Source: a virus
Taxonomy: Duplodnaviria; Caudoviricetes
Virus record (IMG/VR): IMGVR_UViG_3300033463_000005
Location: 96,001-160,000 of that record
Length of the DNA stretch: 64,000 bases
Direction: 5' to 3' (one strand)
In this document: positions 19,487-30,050 of the stretch, in pieces
Numbering within the stretch: the stretch's first letter is position 1
How the letters are laid out: each line of letters opens with the position of its first letter
Program-made: the position numbers and the translations under genes
The notes under the pieces: generated by a model
What the model was told of the DNA's origin: nothing
The model's input: only the letters and a program-made list of their open reading frames with translations
Databases searched by the model: none

Positions 19487-19981
19487 TTATGTATTATCAT
19501 ATCGATTCCAATGGATCTTTGTGTACAATTGATTGAGTTGGTCAAATGTGATGCCAATAATAGCAACAGGTTTATCAACGCCATACACGAGTCGATCAGT
19601 TCCCGTGACTTTCACAACCATCGCATTTGTTCCATCGGAAGTTTTGTCGAAATAGACATCAACATCAATACCGGTAAATTCCAACCGGTTGAGTTGTTCA
19701 TTCAATTTACTCTGAATGGATAATGGGATCTTATCATCATCTGTATATTCGTGCAAATATTGTTCAATATCGATCCCCAATTCGGGGATCGATGGATATT
19801 GTCCTGGTTTCATTTTTAACAAAACCAGAATAGAATTTACACACATTTCAAATGTTGATATGATCTTTGGTTTATACATGGAATCAGTATCCATGAGAAC
19901 ATCGTACCCGAGAAGCTGAAAACTTCTCGGGTACTGTTTCTCAACTTCAGCAAGAGTGATTCCTTTTTCATCTAATGGCAT
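19487..19981 (-). CDS. gp25-like baseplate protein
   Basis: LLKMKPGQYPSIPELGIDIEQYL resembles the gp25 motif; 164 aa. Confidence 0.65.
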   Translation of the reverse strand: MPLDEKGITLAEVEKQYPRSFQLLGYDVLMDTDSMYKPKIISTFEMCVNSILVLLKMKPGQYPSIPELGIDIEQYLHEYTDDDKIPLSIQSKLNEQLNRLEFTGIDVDVYFDKTSDGTNAMVVKVTGTDRLVYGVDKPVAIIGITFDQLNQLYTKIHWNRYDNT

Positions 19982-20008
19982 GGAATCATTCCTTTCATAA
20001 CGGAAAAA

Positions 20009-20704
20009 TTATTCCTCCGTCGATTCAGTTTTCTGTTCAGTCTCTGCAGGAGCCTCTGTTGTTTCATCAGTCTTTTTGGTTTTGGCTTTGCTAGCAGAAG
20101 GTTTGTTCTTCTCTGCAACATCGATAACCTTCTCGGACAGCTTAAAGAACTTCTCGAGTTGTGCGGAGAAATCGGAAGTATCATCCTGTTTCTTTGCACG
20201 ACGTTTGATTACTTTCTGATCGCGCATAATGTCATGGGCAATACCAACAAACTCAGCAACAGTACGCTCATCATCAGATGAATAATATTTTCTCTTAACG
20301 CTGTTCATTGCAGGTGTTAGATAATCGAATGTTTTGAAGCAAAGTGCAGAGATAGCACTCAACGCTTTCTTCAGTTTGCGGAAATTCTTGACACCCATCT
20401 TTCCATCAGTGTTACCAGATTCATCTCTCACAAGATTAGCAACCTTCACAATCTCTTTACCGAGAGATTCACTGAACTTATTCAGATAATGTCTTTCTGT
20501 CAATCTTCTGGCGATATTAGCAGCAATACCAATCAGCGGTGCGGCAATCAGCAATTCAAGCAGTGTAAACTCTTGAACGATTTCATCATTATCATTCATC
20601 TCAGTATGCTTGTCATAATATTCGAGAATTGCATCCTCGACATCCAAAGACGACTGCATCACGTTAGTATCGATCGCGTTAATACTATTCATCAATTCAT
20701 TCAT
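20009..20704 (-). CDS. Internal head protein family member
   Basis: NELMNSINAIDTNVMQSSLDV..YYDK..IVQE/F, then hydrophobic helix. Confidence 0.65.
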   Translation of the reverse strand: MNELMNSINAIDTNVMQSSLDVEDAILEYYDKHTEMNDNDEIVQEFTLLELLIAAPLIGIAANIARRLTERHYLNKFSESLGKEIVKVANLVRDESGNTDGKMGVKNFRKLKKALSAISALCFKTFDYLTPAMNSVKRKYYSSDDERTVAEFVGIAHDIMRDQKVIKRRAKKQDDTSDFSAQLEKFFKLSEKVIDVAEKNKPSASKAKTKKTDETTEAPAETEQKTESTEE

Positions 20705-20724
20705 AATAAACAACTCCTTATATG

Positions 20725-21699
20725 TTATTTGGTTTTCTTACCAACCGCTTTTGCACGGGCTTTCGCATCATCCGTCGAAATCTTTTTCGCTGTTTTGAAA
20801 TCTCCCTGCTCTTTGGCACGTTCGATCTTCTTTCCAATAACAGCCTGATGATTGGATGACGTAACCTTGCGTTGTCCACCTTTCTGGACACGATCTGTTT
20901 CTTGTAACTGTTTTGCACTTGCACCAGAAACTTTACCGAGCAATCCTGTTAATCCAGAGATAATGCCATTCAACCGTTGTTCTGTTCCAGGAGGAGCATT
21001 CTCAACCTTACCTTTTCTGACAGCATTTCTTTGTTTGACAGCTTTACTCTTCAGCGTTTGTAACATTTCCGGAACAGATGCAACCGTGTCAAGACCTTTA
21101 TTGATTGCTTCGCCAGCTGTAGACATTGTCATCTTAACAGCTTTGCTTTCTTTGATCGTTCTGACCGCTTTGTCAGCAACTTCAGTTGCACCAGCAATCA
21201 CATTCTCTATTCTACTGATAGAAGAGTCCGACAAATCGAGATCCAATTTGTCAAAACGTTTCTTGACTTCCGTCATGAGTTTTGAGACAGTATCATAGTC
21301 ATATGCGAATGTGACATCACCACCTGACTGTACTGCAGCTTTTCCACCCATTGCACGTTCCAATGATTCAATTCGAGCATTCTGTGAATCAAGTTGATAT
21401 CTCAATTTATCATTCTCTTTTCGCAATTCAGCAATCTTATATCTGGAAAATAGATTCTTGAATTTGCGAGAAAAGAAATCACAAATAATAGGAAGCTTGT
21501 CTGTCAAGAATGAAGCGGCACCGATCACACCTTCTTGGACAAAATCATCTTCGGTGGTTTCGCAACATCCTTCCTGGATCATTTGCTGACGTTTTGAGAA
21601 ATATTCGCATTGTGATTCTGCAACGGATGTAATTGCATCGATTTCATTTTGTTCAATGTTATCGATGCATTGTAACAAAGAACCATACTCATCAAACAT
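20725..21699 (-). CDS. Internal head protein family member
   Basis: LLQCIDNIEQ..YFSK..MIQE/G..FVQE/GVIGAA; start moved to MFDEYG. Confidence 0.65.
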   Translation of the reverse strand: MFDEYGSLLQCIDNIEQNEIDAITSVAESQCEYFSKRQQMIQEGCCETTEDDFVQEGVIGAASFLTDKLPIICDFFSRKFKNLFSRYKIAELRKENDKLRYQLDSQNARIESLERAMGGKAAVQSGGDVTFAYDYDTVSKLMTEVKKRFDKLDLDLSDSSISRIENVIAGATEVADKAVRTIKESKAVKMTMSTAGEAINKGLDTVASVPEMLQTLKSKAVKQRNAVRKGKVENAPPGTEQRLNGIISGLTGLLGKVSGASAKQLQETDRVQKGGQRKVTSSNHQAVIGKKIERAKEQGDFKTAKKISTDDAKARAKAVGKKTK

Positions 21700-21718
21700 C
21701 TCATCATCACCTTCTTCA

Positions 21719-22951
21719 TTAAGATTGTAATACATCATTGATTCGCAGCAATATATATGTTGCAACGAAACAAATGTATGCTTTGACAATACTTCCATCA
21801 AATTCATATTTTTCAGTCATTGGAAGTATAACGGGTTTTCCTGCGATAGCACGATCAATCGCAGTTGGGAATTTGGTAATTCTACCAATGTACTTTGATG
21901 AATTGATATCGGTTTCATCATTGCCTTCTTTTGTAATGAATACATACAAAATGAGATCAATGATATTTCCAATATCTTTTTTCTCAACCTTTTGTGCAAG
22001 CTCATACAATGTATCAACTTTCACATTCTTACGACTGGCGATCCCTTTGTATACATTATTCATCTTTGTATACAAAGTATCTCCTGCAGAAATCTTTCGC
22101 AACAAATTGTCACGAATTTGGATCAATTGTTTCTTTTCCACATACGGTTCATCTTCATCCGTGATATCATTTCCAACACTATTCTTATCTTCCATATCTT
22201 TGAAGTATCGTGTACCCAAAGAACGAAGATCCTGGCGGAATGAATTACGAATTCGATTCAAAACATCCGCAACAACTTTTGGAGAAATGTACAATGACAT
22301 CTTTGTTCGATAGAATGCATATCCTGTTTCGACACGATCACCAATCCAGTTGATCATGTTTTCACAACGGACGAGATTCCAGGAACGATCCAAATGTTGA
22401 TATGTATACGCCATGATGTTTTCTTGTGGATGTGGAAAATGAAATTGATATTCCAATGAAGCTGCATAGATCGTCAGACCCAACTGTTGTCGGGCAGAAT
22501 CACGAAGATTGTTTCGGTCCGATTTTGTTTGTTTCGGGATATTGGTCAACATATCACAATAGACCAGTGTGCATACGTGAATGACATTGGTTGGATATGA
22601 TACGATTGTATAGAATTCTGATTGATTCACATATTTCTGCAATAAATCACGAATGGTTTTCTTTGCAGATTGAACCGTGAATCCAAACAATTCCAAAACA
22701 TTATCCACGTATTTACGTGGATATCTCACACGTTCTGTTGGATATGGTTTCGTTAACATTTCCGCATTCGCTTCAATGAATTGATTACCATATTCAACAT
22801 ATTCTTTCATCTTTTTCGGATCGGATAATGTATTAATAACGGGATCCATGAATTCTTCACGGAACTGAATGACTGCGGGATCATTGACTCCTTCTTGAAT
22901 CCAATGATAAACCTCTTGCTCCGTCAAGAATTGTTGTTCCATGAAGAACAT
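21719..22951 (-). CDS. Hypothetical virion-associated protein
   Basis: 410 aa with an N-terminal WIQE/G site. Confidence 0.6.
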   Translation of the reverse strand: MFFMEQQFLTEQEVYHWIQEGVNDPAVIQFREEFMDPVINTLSDPKKMKEYVEYGNQFIEANAEMLTKPYPTERVRYPRKYVDNVLELFGFTVQSAKKTIRDLLQKYVNQSEFYTIVSYPTNVIHVCTLVYCDMLTNIPKQTKSDRNNLRDSARQQLGLTIYAASLEYQFHFPHPQENIMAYTYQHLDRSWNLVRCENMINWIGDRVETGYAFYRTKMSLYISPKVVADVLNRIRNSFRQDLRSLGTRYFKDMEDKNSVGNDITDEDEPYVEKKQLIQIRDNLLRKISAGDTLYTKMNNVYKGIASRKNVKVDTLYELAQKVEKKDIGNIIDLILYVFITKEGNDETDINSSKYIGRITKFPTAIDRAIAGKPVILPMTEKYEFDGSIVKAYICFVATYILLRINDVLQS

Positions 22952-22962
22952 CTGAGTTCACC

Positions 22963-23481
22963 TCAATTGAACGATTTCTTTTTGTTGCGATTTCTTTTAT
23001 TGTGATACTGATTCACCGGTTTCTCTTCTGCGACAGGTTCTTCGGTCGTTTCAGTTGAAACCTCTTCTGTTACAGCATCAACAACTTCTTCAACCACATC
23101 GATCGGAGTTTCCACAACTTCAACTTCCGTAAGTTCAAGCACAGAAATCTCTTTTGGAACTTCGACCTCAACTTCCACAGGTTCTTCAACAACCGGGGTT
23201 TCTTCCACAACAGATTTTGCGATTTCGACAACAGGTGGTTCGGGTGTTGGTTGTGTTTCAACCACCGGAGTTTTGACAACTTCTGGCTTCTTTTCAACAG
23301 GAGCCTCTTTCTTTTCGGAAAGAGTTTTCTTCGTGATGATCATGCCAGTTGTTGCATCAAACACGCGAACACCTTTGAAATTCAAAACACGATGAATCTG
23401 AAGTTCGGACATTTCAACATTGTATACTGGCAGGAGACCCAGGCCACCAATGTATCCCTTTCCGGAAACGTTGACTTTCAT
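22963..23481 (-). CDS. Low-complexity E/V/P-rich protein
   Basis: Small N-domain, long acidic linker, basic C-terminal tip. Confidence 0.7.
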   Translation of the reverse strand: MKVNVSGKGYIGGLGLLPVYNVEMSELQIHRVLNFKGVRVFDATTGMIITKKTLSEKKEAPVEKKPEVVKTPVVETQPTPEPPVVEIAKSVVEETPVVEEPVEVEVEVPKEISVLELTEVEVVETPIDVVEEVVDAVTEEVSTETTEEPVAEEKPVNQYHNKRNRNKKKSFN

Positions 23482-23501
23482 TCGATCACAATCCTTTCTT
23501 G

Positions 23502-24266
23502 TTATCTGGATTCTTTATTAATATCTTTCATTGCAGAATGCAATTTTTCGATACTATAATAAGATTCTGAAATAATATCAGTTTTGATTCCCATCGCTTT
23601 CAGGAATAGATCCGTTTGAAGCAATGTGGGTTTGTCATATACACCGGTTTTAATATCACTCAATTTGACGTTGCCAGAACGAGAAATCTCATCCAGCATA
23701 TTATCATACTCCGTGACATTATCACCACGAGCACCTGAAATTTCAGACAGGATATCATCAGCACCAATACCAGCAAGCAACTCGTTTTCAACACCCGTTG
23801 TGGTACCACCCTTGGATTCGCCTTTCACAGCACCAGTGTTTTCATCACGATCCGTGTCACTCAAAGCCAGGCCCGTCTTCTTCATGACCATCTGCTGCGG
23901 ACGTTTGATATTGAGATATCCAACCAGAACAGGTTGTCTGGTTCTTACAGGTCGGTTTGGATTTGATGAGATGTGCGGTAAGTAAACATATTCGAATAAT
24001 TTGATTCCAAGTTTATCTGCCGCTTTCTCCATATTTTCAAACATCATCTTTCTGGAGTTATCTCCAAACTCTTCGATGTCAACACGGAAATTACTTTTTG
24101 GATCTTGCAAGAATTTTGTGATCCATTGTGTGAATTGATCATCTGACATTACTTGAAACATGTTTCGATATTTCTCTGCATTGGTTCCAGATGGATCCAT
24201 GATTTTTAAAATATCATTGACCAATGTTTCGACCTGTTTTCTCTTGTCATTCATGCATGAACACAA
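23502..24266 (-). CDS. Phage multisubunit RNA polymerase, beta C-terminal fragment (probably virion RNAP)
   Basis: PVLVGYLNIKRPQQMVMKK...SKGG..TGVENELL aligns by eye with RpoB VTVGYMYMLKLHHLVDDK...GGQRFGEMEVWAL. Confidence 0.75.
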   Translation of the reverse strand: MCSCMNDKRKQVETLVNDILKIMDPSGTNAEKYRNMFQVMSDDQFTQWITKFLQDPKSNFRVDIEEFGDNSRKMMFENMEKAADKLGIKLFEYVYLPHISSNPNRPVRTRQPVLVGYLNIKRPQQMVMKKTGLALSDTDRDENTGAVKGESKGGTTTGVENELLAGIGADDILSEISGARGDNVTEYDNMLDEISRSGNVKLSDIKTGVYDKPTLLQTDLFLKAMGIKTDIISESYYSIEKLHSAMKDINKESR

Positions 24267-24283
24267 CTCCTTTCTGGATTGAA

Positions 24284-24298
24284 GTTACAGAAACGTTT
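24284..24298 (-). promoter_or_regulatory. Late-type promoter motif AAAC-N7-TAA
   Basis: AAAC-GTTTCTG-TAAC just upstream of the long - structural operon. Confidence 0.55.
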
Positions 24299-24312
24299 CT
24301 TATATAGTATAT

Positions 24313-24335
24313 ATGTGGGGATTGAATCCCCACAT
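24313..24335. repeat. Inverted repeat between divergent genes
   Basis: ATGTGGGGATT-G-AATCCCCACAT. Confidence 0.8.
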
Positions 24336-24387
24336 GCAATTTATAATAGTATAAAACAATAATTTTATCAAGAATGTATTCATTGAA

Positions 24388-24402
24388 AAACTCGATGTTA
24401 AA
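24388..24402 (+). promoter_or_regulatory. Late-type promoter motif
   Basis: AAAC-TCGATGT-TAAA upstream of 24454. Confidence 0.45.
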
Positions 24403-24453
24403 CCTCTGAGATATGAGGATTTTAAATATTTTCAATGTAAAGGAGTATGAACT

Positions 24454-26901
24454 ATGGCTGAGAATCTGAAAACGACAACAGACGTTGATATGAATAGACC
24501 TGATGGTTCAAAAGATATCAAATTCAGTGGTCAGTTTATGCAGAACTTTGATGATGCTATCACAAATTATGACCGCACGCTGAATTATTTGGATCAGTTG
24601 ATCAAGGGTCATAATTTCACAGATGACTATGGTGTATGCAATTGCAAATATCAGATGGTATACATCACACCACATGACATTGCATCCTACATTTCATATG
24701 TGTTGAAAGCAATTTCAAAACGATTGGTTGAATGTGACATCCCTGATATGGAGAAATTGAGTGTCGAATTGGCAAAGCGTTTCATCAAAGACAATTCTGG
24801 ATTTGATTTCGAACGTGATAATCTGTTCGCTAATTCAACGTATTCCGATCCACGTACACAGACAATGATGGACATGCTTGTTCAGATGCAGAACTCATTC
24901 TTTGATCGTGGTGTGTATTCAAAGTATGAGATGGAGCAACGCGCAAAATCGTTGAAACCGGATTATGATACTATTAATGGTATGCATTTCGGTCGAGCAA
25001 TGAAAGCGGTTGTGAATGCGCTTCCACAAACGATCAAAGATTCCATGAAGGATTCGACCGAAGATGGGTTTGTGTGCTGTAATTGCGAACTGGTCATGTT
25101 CTACATCGAAACATTCATCCTGTTTGTGTGCTCGTTGAACACTTGTACGGTTGAACAGATGATTGGTTATGCGCAACCGCGTTCCACATTCATCAGAAAA
25201 GAGATCTCCAAGTACAAAACCGAATCCTATGCCGAAACTGCATTCAATGGTTTTGTGACAGAATGCTCTATCATTAAAACAAATGATATGAATATTCGTG
25301 CAAGAATCCCGTTTGATTGCAATATGCGGAATATTGTGCTGCAGGATGTCACACCAGATTTCAAAGATTCCAAGAGCGCTTTGCATTTCATGCTGAAAGA
25401 CTCCCGTTCACCAATTCATGCATTGTTGATCAAATATGCGACGGATAAACAAATTGCGGGTCGTCCAGATTGTGTTCCGGCAATGACATTGTTCGAACCA
25501 TATTTCCATATGCATGAATGCAATGCAATTCAAATGGAATTGGATAAGGCTGGATTCATGACAGATGTGAATTGGCTGGATAAGATTGCATATGGTAATC
25601 AATTCATGGATGGTAATTATCGTCTGGATGCGATGGGTAATGAAAACAAGCATCCACTGGTGATGACATTGGAAACGCTTCATAAGATGTATTGTGGTTG
25701 TAATCTAAAAACCAATGAGGAATTGGCAAATCAGATTCTGAAGATTGCTGGTTTGATGCATGAAGTGATTATCCGCAATTGGTGCACATTGAACCGTCAA
25801 CTCACAACTGACATTTTGTGTGTGCTTGGTGATTGCTTCACACGTTGTGTTCTGAAGCTGTATAACAACAACTGTGTTGTGATTGTTGCTTCTGATGACA
25901 TGAAAGACACAATGGCGCCGGGATATACATATTGCGAACAGTTCGTTTATGAAGCTGATGCAAAACCGGGTGTTCAAGTTCAGACAACCAATACAACTGG
26001 TACAACAGCGCCAAATCAAACCGGTTTGTCGAAATTGGTATCCATGATTCGCCAATTTGCAAAATGGATTGCATCGAAACTGGCACAATTCTTCCGCTTG
26101 TTCCTATTGACAAACGAAGCAAAGATCAAGTATATCAATTCACATGCGGAGCAAAATAAGAAGATTGGTGAATCTTTGGGTAAAGATATGAACGTCAATA
26201 TGGCAAATCTTCCAAAGTATAACATTCCGTACAGTGCAATCCATTCGAAGGTTGAGCAAACAAAACAGCATCTTGATATGGTTAATCAATATCTGAAGGA
26301 TGGCCAGATCAGTGATGAAGAGATGACCAAACTGAAGATAGCATTGTATCCGGGTGATGATAATACTGCACGACGCATCGTCGACACAACCGACAAGAAT
26401 CAACGTCAGCAGTTGATCAAGAATTATGTGCTCTTTGGTAAACTTGAACCGACAGAACAAGAGCTGAAGATGAATGGTAGTATGACCAAAGAAATTTGGG
26501 ATGATATTATCAAAACACTCACGGGTTCACCAAAACTGATTGATGAGTTGACAAAAGATTTCAATAAGATGCTCACGAATGAAGTGAAACTCTTGGATCA
26601 AAAAGCTAAAGATGAAGAGCGTGCAGCACAGCAATCTGCAAATAATCAGAATGGTCAACAGCAGCAACAACCAACCGGAGTTGCACAGACATTATACAAT
26701 CTATTCCAAGAAGTATTAAGTGATTATCAAATGAATACACTGAATACACTTGCAAAGACAATGTTTGGAACATATTATGACGTGTACAAGAAAGTGTATG
26801 ATGCTTACCAGGCACAAATGAGAAATCAAACAAATCAAACGAATCAAACAAATCAACAAAACGCTCCATCTCAACAACAAATGGTCCCCGCAACAAAATA
26901 A
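24454..26901 (+). CDS. Large virion/head protein, Cys-rich N-half and Q-rich C-terminus
   Basis: 815 aa; FVYE/AD site followed by amphipathic LSKLVSMIRQFAKWIASKLAQFF; QTN repeats at the end. Confidence 0.6.
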   Translation: MAENLKTTTDVDMNRPDGSKDIKFSGQFMQNFDDAITNYDRTLNYLDQLIKGHNFTDDYGVCNCKYQMVYITPHDIASYISYVLKAISKRLVECDIPDMEKLSVELAKRFIKDNSGFDFERDNLFANSTYSDPRTQTMMDMLVQMQNSFFDRGVYSKYEMEQRAKSLKPDYDTINGMHFGRAMKAVVNALPQTIKDSMKDSTEDGFVCCNCELVMFYIETFILFVCSLNTCTVEQMIGYAQPRSTFIRKEISKYKTESYAETAFNGFVTECSIIKTNDMNIRARIPFDCNMRNIVLQDVTPDFKDSKSALHFMLKDSRSPIHALLIKYATDKQIAGRPDCVPAMTLFEPYFHMHECNAIQMELDKAGFMTDVNWLDKIAYGNQFMDGNYRLDAMGNENKHPLVMTLETLHKMYCGCNLKTNEELANQILKIAGLMHEVIIRNWCTLNRQLTTDILCVLGDCFTRCVLKLYNNNCVVIVASDDMKDTMAPGYTYCEQFVYEADAKPGVQVQTTNTTGTTAPNQTGLSKLVSMIRQFAKWIASKLAQFFRLFLLTNEAKIKYINSHAEQNKKIGESLGKDMNVNMANLPKYNIPYSAIHSKVEQTKQHLDMVNQYLKDGQISDEEMTKLKIALYPGDDNTARRIVDTTDKNQRQQLIKNYVLFGKLEPTEQELKMNGSMTKEIWDDIIKTLTGSPKLIDELTKDFNKMLTNEVKLLDQKAKDEERAAQQSANNQNGQQQQQPTGVAQTLYNLFQEVLSDYQMNTLNTLAKTMFGTYYDVYKKVYDAYQAQMRNQTNQTNQTNQQNAPSQQQMVPATK

Positions 26902-26919
26902 TCAGGGAGGTCAACAGTT

Positions 26920-29103
26920 ATGAAGAATCAAACATTCAAGGAATCGGTTGAAAATAAAATCAAACAATCTCCATCATTGATTGCTGCATTGGAATCCGTT
27001 GCAGCAATGTATGGTATTCCTGCGGAGAATATCGTGGTGGATGATCGTTTGAATTCTATCCAGGTGCAAGGTGATACGATCCTTGCACCTGATAAACCGA
27101 ATCCGTCACAAAACACACAATCAATCGTGTGTGCAATTGGTGCGGTTCTCGATTACATTTCCCAGAGAATCGATAAGAAGCTGGATGCTTATCAGGCAGA
27201 CAATATTGCGAAAGCGCAGGAACCAGTTCAGCCTCCTGTTCCAGCACCTTCTCCTGCGGATGTGCCGATTGAACCGGATGCAACATCATCCACATACTTC
27301 ACCGATGAAGATGATGTCATGAAGAATGTTCCAACACAAGTTGACATCAAACAAGCATTGGCACAGGCCGAGAATAATATTCCAGCTCAAATCAATGAGT
27401 CTGCTTTGATGGTAGATCTGGTTGATCGTTTCCATGGTACAACAACACTCGGTTATGATTTGCTTCAGCATCAAGGATTCGATTTTGTACAGCCGACAAA
27501 CAAAATCGTTCAGGAAGCTGACGAAGGTGAATCTTCCGAAGCATCCGGTTCAATGAAACAAATTCAACATATGAAATTTGATAACTCCAAGATTTTGGAT
27601 GCTATCAAATTATTCAATGATGCATATGTTGAATCATTGAAGGATGGTCCCATTGACGAAGATGAAAATGAAAAACCAAAACCGAAACCGGAAGAAAAGA
27701 AACCCGAGCCAGATTCATCAGATAATAAATCCGATGATAAAACGGATGATAAAACGGATGATAAAAAGGGTGCTGCCGGTAATAGTGGTTCTAACGAGAA
27801 ACCTTCAAGAGTTAAAGTCTCCAGAATGATGAAAACTCCTGAGTGGAAAATGGGTGTCAAACGTCTGGAAGAACAGTTTGATTGTAAACTGAAAATCAAT
27901 TATGACCCTGAACACGAGACAAACATGTACACGATGATCAATGAAAACCAAAGACGTGAGAAATTGATCATCTCTAAAAGTAAGGGCTTCCAACTCAGTG
28001 GTATGAGAATTAATATCACAATTGCTGGACGCATGATGGACACATTCATCAAATATCGTGACAAGCAATTATTTGGTCAATCAATGGTGTCTGTTTTCCT
28101 TCACGAAATCTTCCACAACATTGTCCAAATGATTGCGCAGTTTGATTTTGATTTCATCACGTCGATGTCATCTACGATGATGATTGCAACTTCAACAAAA
28201 AGTGTGAAAGCACGTCGTGCAATCTTTTCAAACTATGTAAAATCAATTCGTTCAATTGACGGAAAGAAACTTGGTTTGTTTGAACGAAAGAAAATGATTC
28301 GTCAATTGCTTTACATCTCGGCAGCACAATACGATGCCAATATGATCAATGAATTGAAAAAGCAGATTGATTCTGGTGAAGCTTCAAAAGATACAATCGA
28401 CAAATATATCAAAGCCATGGAAAAGTCGATTGAAAAAGAGAAGAAGTGGAGAGAACGCAGAGACAAGCCTCTTATCAAAGTTCTGAATGCAATCATGGTC
28501 ATCGGTGGATTGTTGACAGTATTTATCGGCGTTGGTTTCATCATCCTGTTCGCATGGTCAATGTTGCCGATTTCCGGCATGAAACAATCCGACTATGAGA
28601 AATGGTTGAAAGAATACTTGAATAATCCAAACAAAGAAGAATACTACTGTGATCTATTTGCCGGTATTTACAATTTACCAGTCACATTCTTACTCGGTAG
28701 CGTATCTCTGACCGGTGGTAAAACGGCATCGAGAATTGATGATCCGCGTTTAAAGAAACTTGCTTCTTTAGAAAAAGAAATTTCACAAATGATTTTCTCA
28801 ACATATCCGACATTGGAAGAAAGATGCTATGCTTCCGTTAAGATTGCGAAGAAAGCATTGGAAGACAATCCGGATATGGATCCGTCACTAAAGGAATATC
28901 TCCAGTGGATTATTGACAATTATAAGAATCTGGAAGATATTGGTATTGAGGATGATTACAATGCCGGTGCATTCAATCCAAAAGAAGCAGATGATTTGGA
29001 TGAACACATTCAGAGAATCATCGACCATGGTGATGTGACTGTCACGGAATCTGCAAAGCCATTTCAGAAGAAATCAAAGATCGGTCGATTTTCAAACAAT
29101 TGA
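26920..29103 (+). CDS. Putative virion membrane zinc metallopeptidase (M48-like)
   Basis: HEIFH, hydrophobic segment, EEYYCDLFA, STYPTLEER; IVQE/A site. Confidence 0.6.
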   Translation: MKNQTFKESVENKIKQSPSLIAALESVAAMYGIPAENIVVDDRLNSIQVQGDTILAPDKPNPSQNTQSIVCAIGAVLDYISQRIDKKLDAYQADNIAKAQEPVQPPVPAPSPADVPIEPDATSSTYFTDEDDVMKNVPTQVDIKQALAQAENNIPAQINESALMVDLVDRFHGTTTLGYDLLQHQGFDFVQPTNKIVQEADEGESSEASGSMKQIQHMKFDNSKILDAIKLFNDAYVESLKDGPIDEDENEKPKPKPEEKKPEPDSSDNKSDDKTDDKTDDKKGAAGNSGSNEKPSRVKVSRMMKTPEWKMGVKRLEEQFDCKLKINYDPEHETNMYTMINENQRREKLIISKSKGFQLSGMRINITIAGRMMDTFIKYRDKQLFGQSMVSVFLHEIFHNIVQMIAQFDFDFITSMSSTMMIATSTKSVKARRAIFSNYVKSIRSIDGKKLGLFERKKMIRQLLYISAAQYDANMINELKKQIDSGEASKDTIDKYIKAMEKSIEKEKKWRERRDKPLIKVLNAIMVIGGLLTVFIGVGFIILFAWSMLPISGMKQSDYEKWLKEYLNNPNKEEYYCDLFAGIYNLPVTFLLGSVSLTGGKTASRIDDPRLKKLASLEKEISQMIFSTYPTLEERCYASVKIAKKALEDNPDMDPSLKEYLQWIIDNYKNLEDIGIEDDYNAGAFNPKEADDLDEHIQRIIDHGDVTVTESAKPFQKKSKIGRFSNN

Positions 29104-29116
29104 GGTGATATGAACC

Positions 29117-29860
29117 ATGCGACGAACGAAATGCATGTTCTGTCCAAAGATATTTGATGATAAACATAAGTATTGTCATCATGTCGCATCTCAGCATAAT
29201 GATCAGATCCCAGAAGATCAGGAACCATTAGAATTTGCATATTCGTTGTTGGTCCATAAACCAACTGGAAGATCGTGTGTGATTTGTCGCAAGAATCCGG
29301 TCAACTTCAATCAACAAACGTTGAAGTATGACCGGATTTGCGATAATCCGCAGTGTAAAGAAGAATATGTGAAATTAATGAAAGCGCGAATGGTTCGTGT
29401 ACATGGACAAGAACATTTGTTGAATGATGCGGATATGCAACGAAAGATGTTGTATAACAATCACAATGCACGTGATTTCATTTGGGATGCGGATCATAAG
29501 TTCCGTGTGATCGGTACATATGAAGAAGACTTCCTAAAGAAACTGCGTTCGATCGGTTGGAGTCCAAATGATGTGATTGCGCCATCACCAAACAATTATT
29601 GGTATAAATGGAAAGATGGAACGTTGCATCTTTACATACCCGATTTCTACATTCCATCATTGTCATTGGAAGTTGAAATCAAAGAATCCGATAACAAACA
29701 CCCAAGAATGGAACATGAACGCGAAATGGAAGCATTGAAAGATAAACGATTACATGATGAAGAAAAGAAAACCAATATTCATTACATCAAAATCGTTGAT
29801 AAGAACTACGATGAATTCATTCGCGATTATGTGAAGTCTGATGAAAATAAACCAGAATAA
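29117..29860 (+). CDS. Zinc-finger protein with PD-(D/E)xK endonuclease domain
   Basis: C2H2-like CMFC..HVASQH; CVIC..CDNPQC; YIPDFYIPSLSLEVEIK. Confidence 0.7.
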   Translation: MRRTKCMFCPKIFDDKHKYCHHVASQHNDQIPEDQEPLEFAYSLLVHKPTGRSCVICRKNPVNFNQQTLKYDRICDNPQCKEEYVKLMKARMVRVHGQEHLLNDADMQRKMLYNNHNARDFIWDADHKFRVIGTYEEDFLKKLRSIGWSPNDVIAPSPNNYWYKWKDGTLHLYIPDFYIPSLSLEVEIKESDNKHPRMEHEREMEALKDKRLHDEEKKTNIHYIKIVDKNYDEFIRDYVKSDENKPE

Positions 29861-29876
29861 CAAAGGAGGATTTATT

Positions 29877-30050
29877 ATGCCAAAAAAGAATACGATTTTT
29901 TCTTCTTCTACAGAAAAGAAGGAGACAAAGACAAGAAAAAAGAAAACTGAAGTCAAAGAAGAAGAATCATTGGAACTTTCTGCTGAAATGGATGAAGAAC
30001 TCTCCAATGGTCTCGGTGATGATGAAGAGGAAGATGGTGAATCTGTATGA
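29877..30050 (+). CDS. Small protein, basic N-half and acidic C-half
   Basis: AGGAGG RBS; overlaps the next start codon. Confidence 0.6.
   Translation: MPKKNTIFSSSTEKKETKTRKKKTEVKEEESLELSAEMDEELSNGLGDDEEEDGESV

Noticed and set aside
27732-27767. 12-bp tandem repeat GATGATAAAACG (and the 9-bp QTN repeat near 26825)
   Set aside because: Low-complexity coding linkers with no spacers; not CRISPR.
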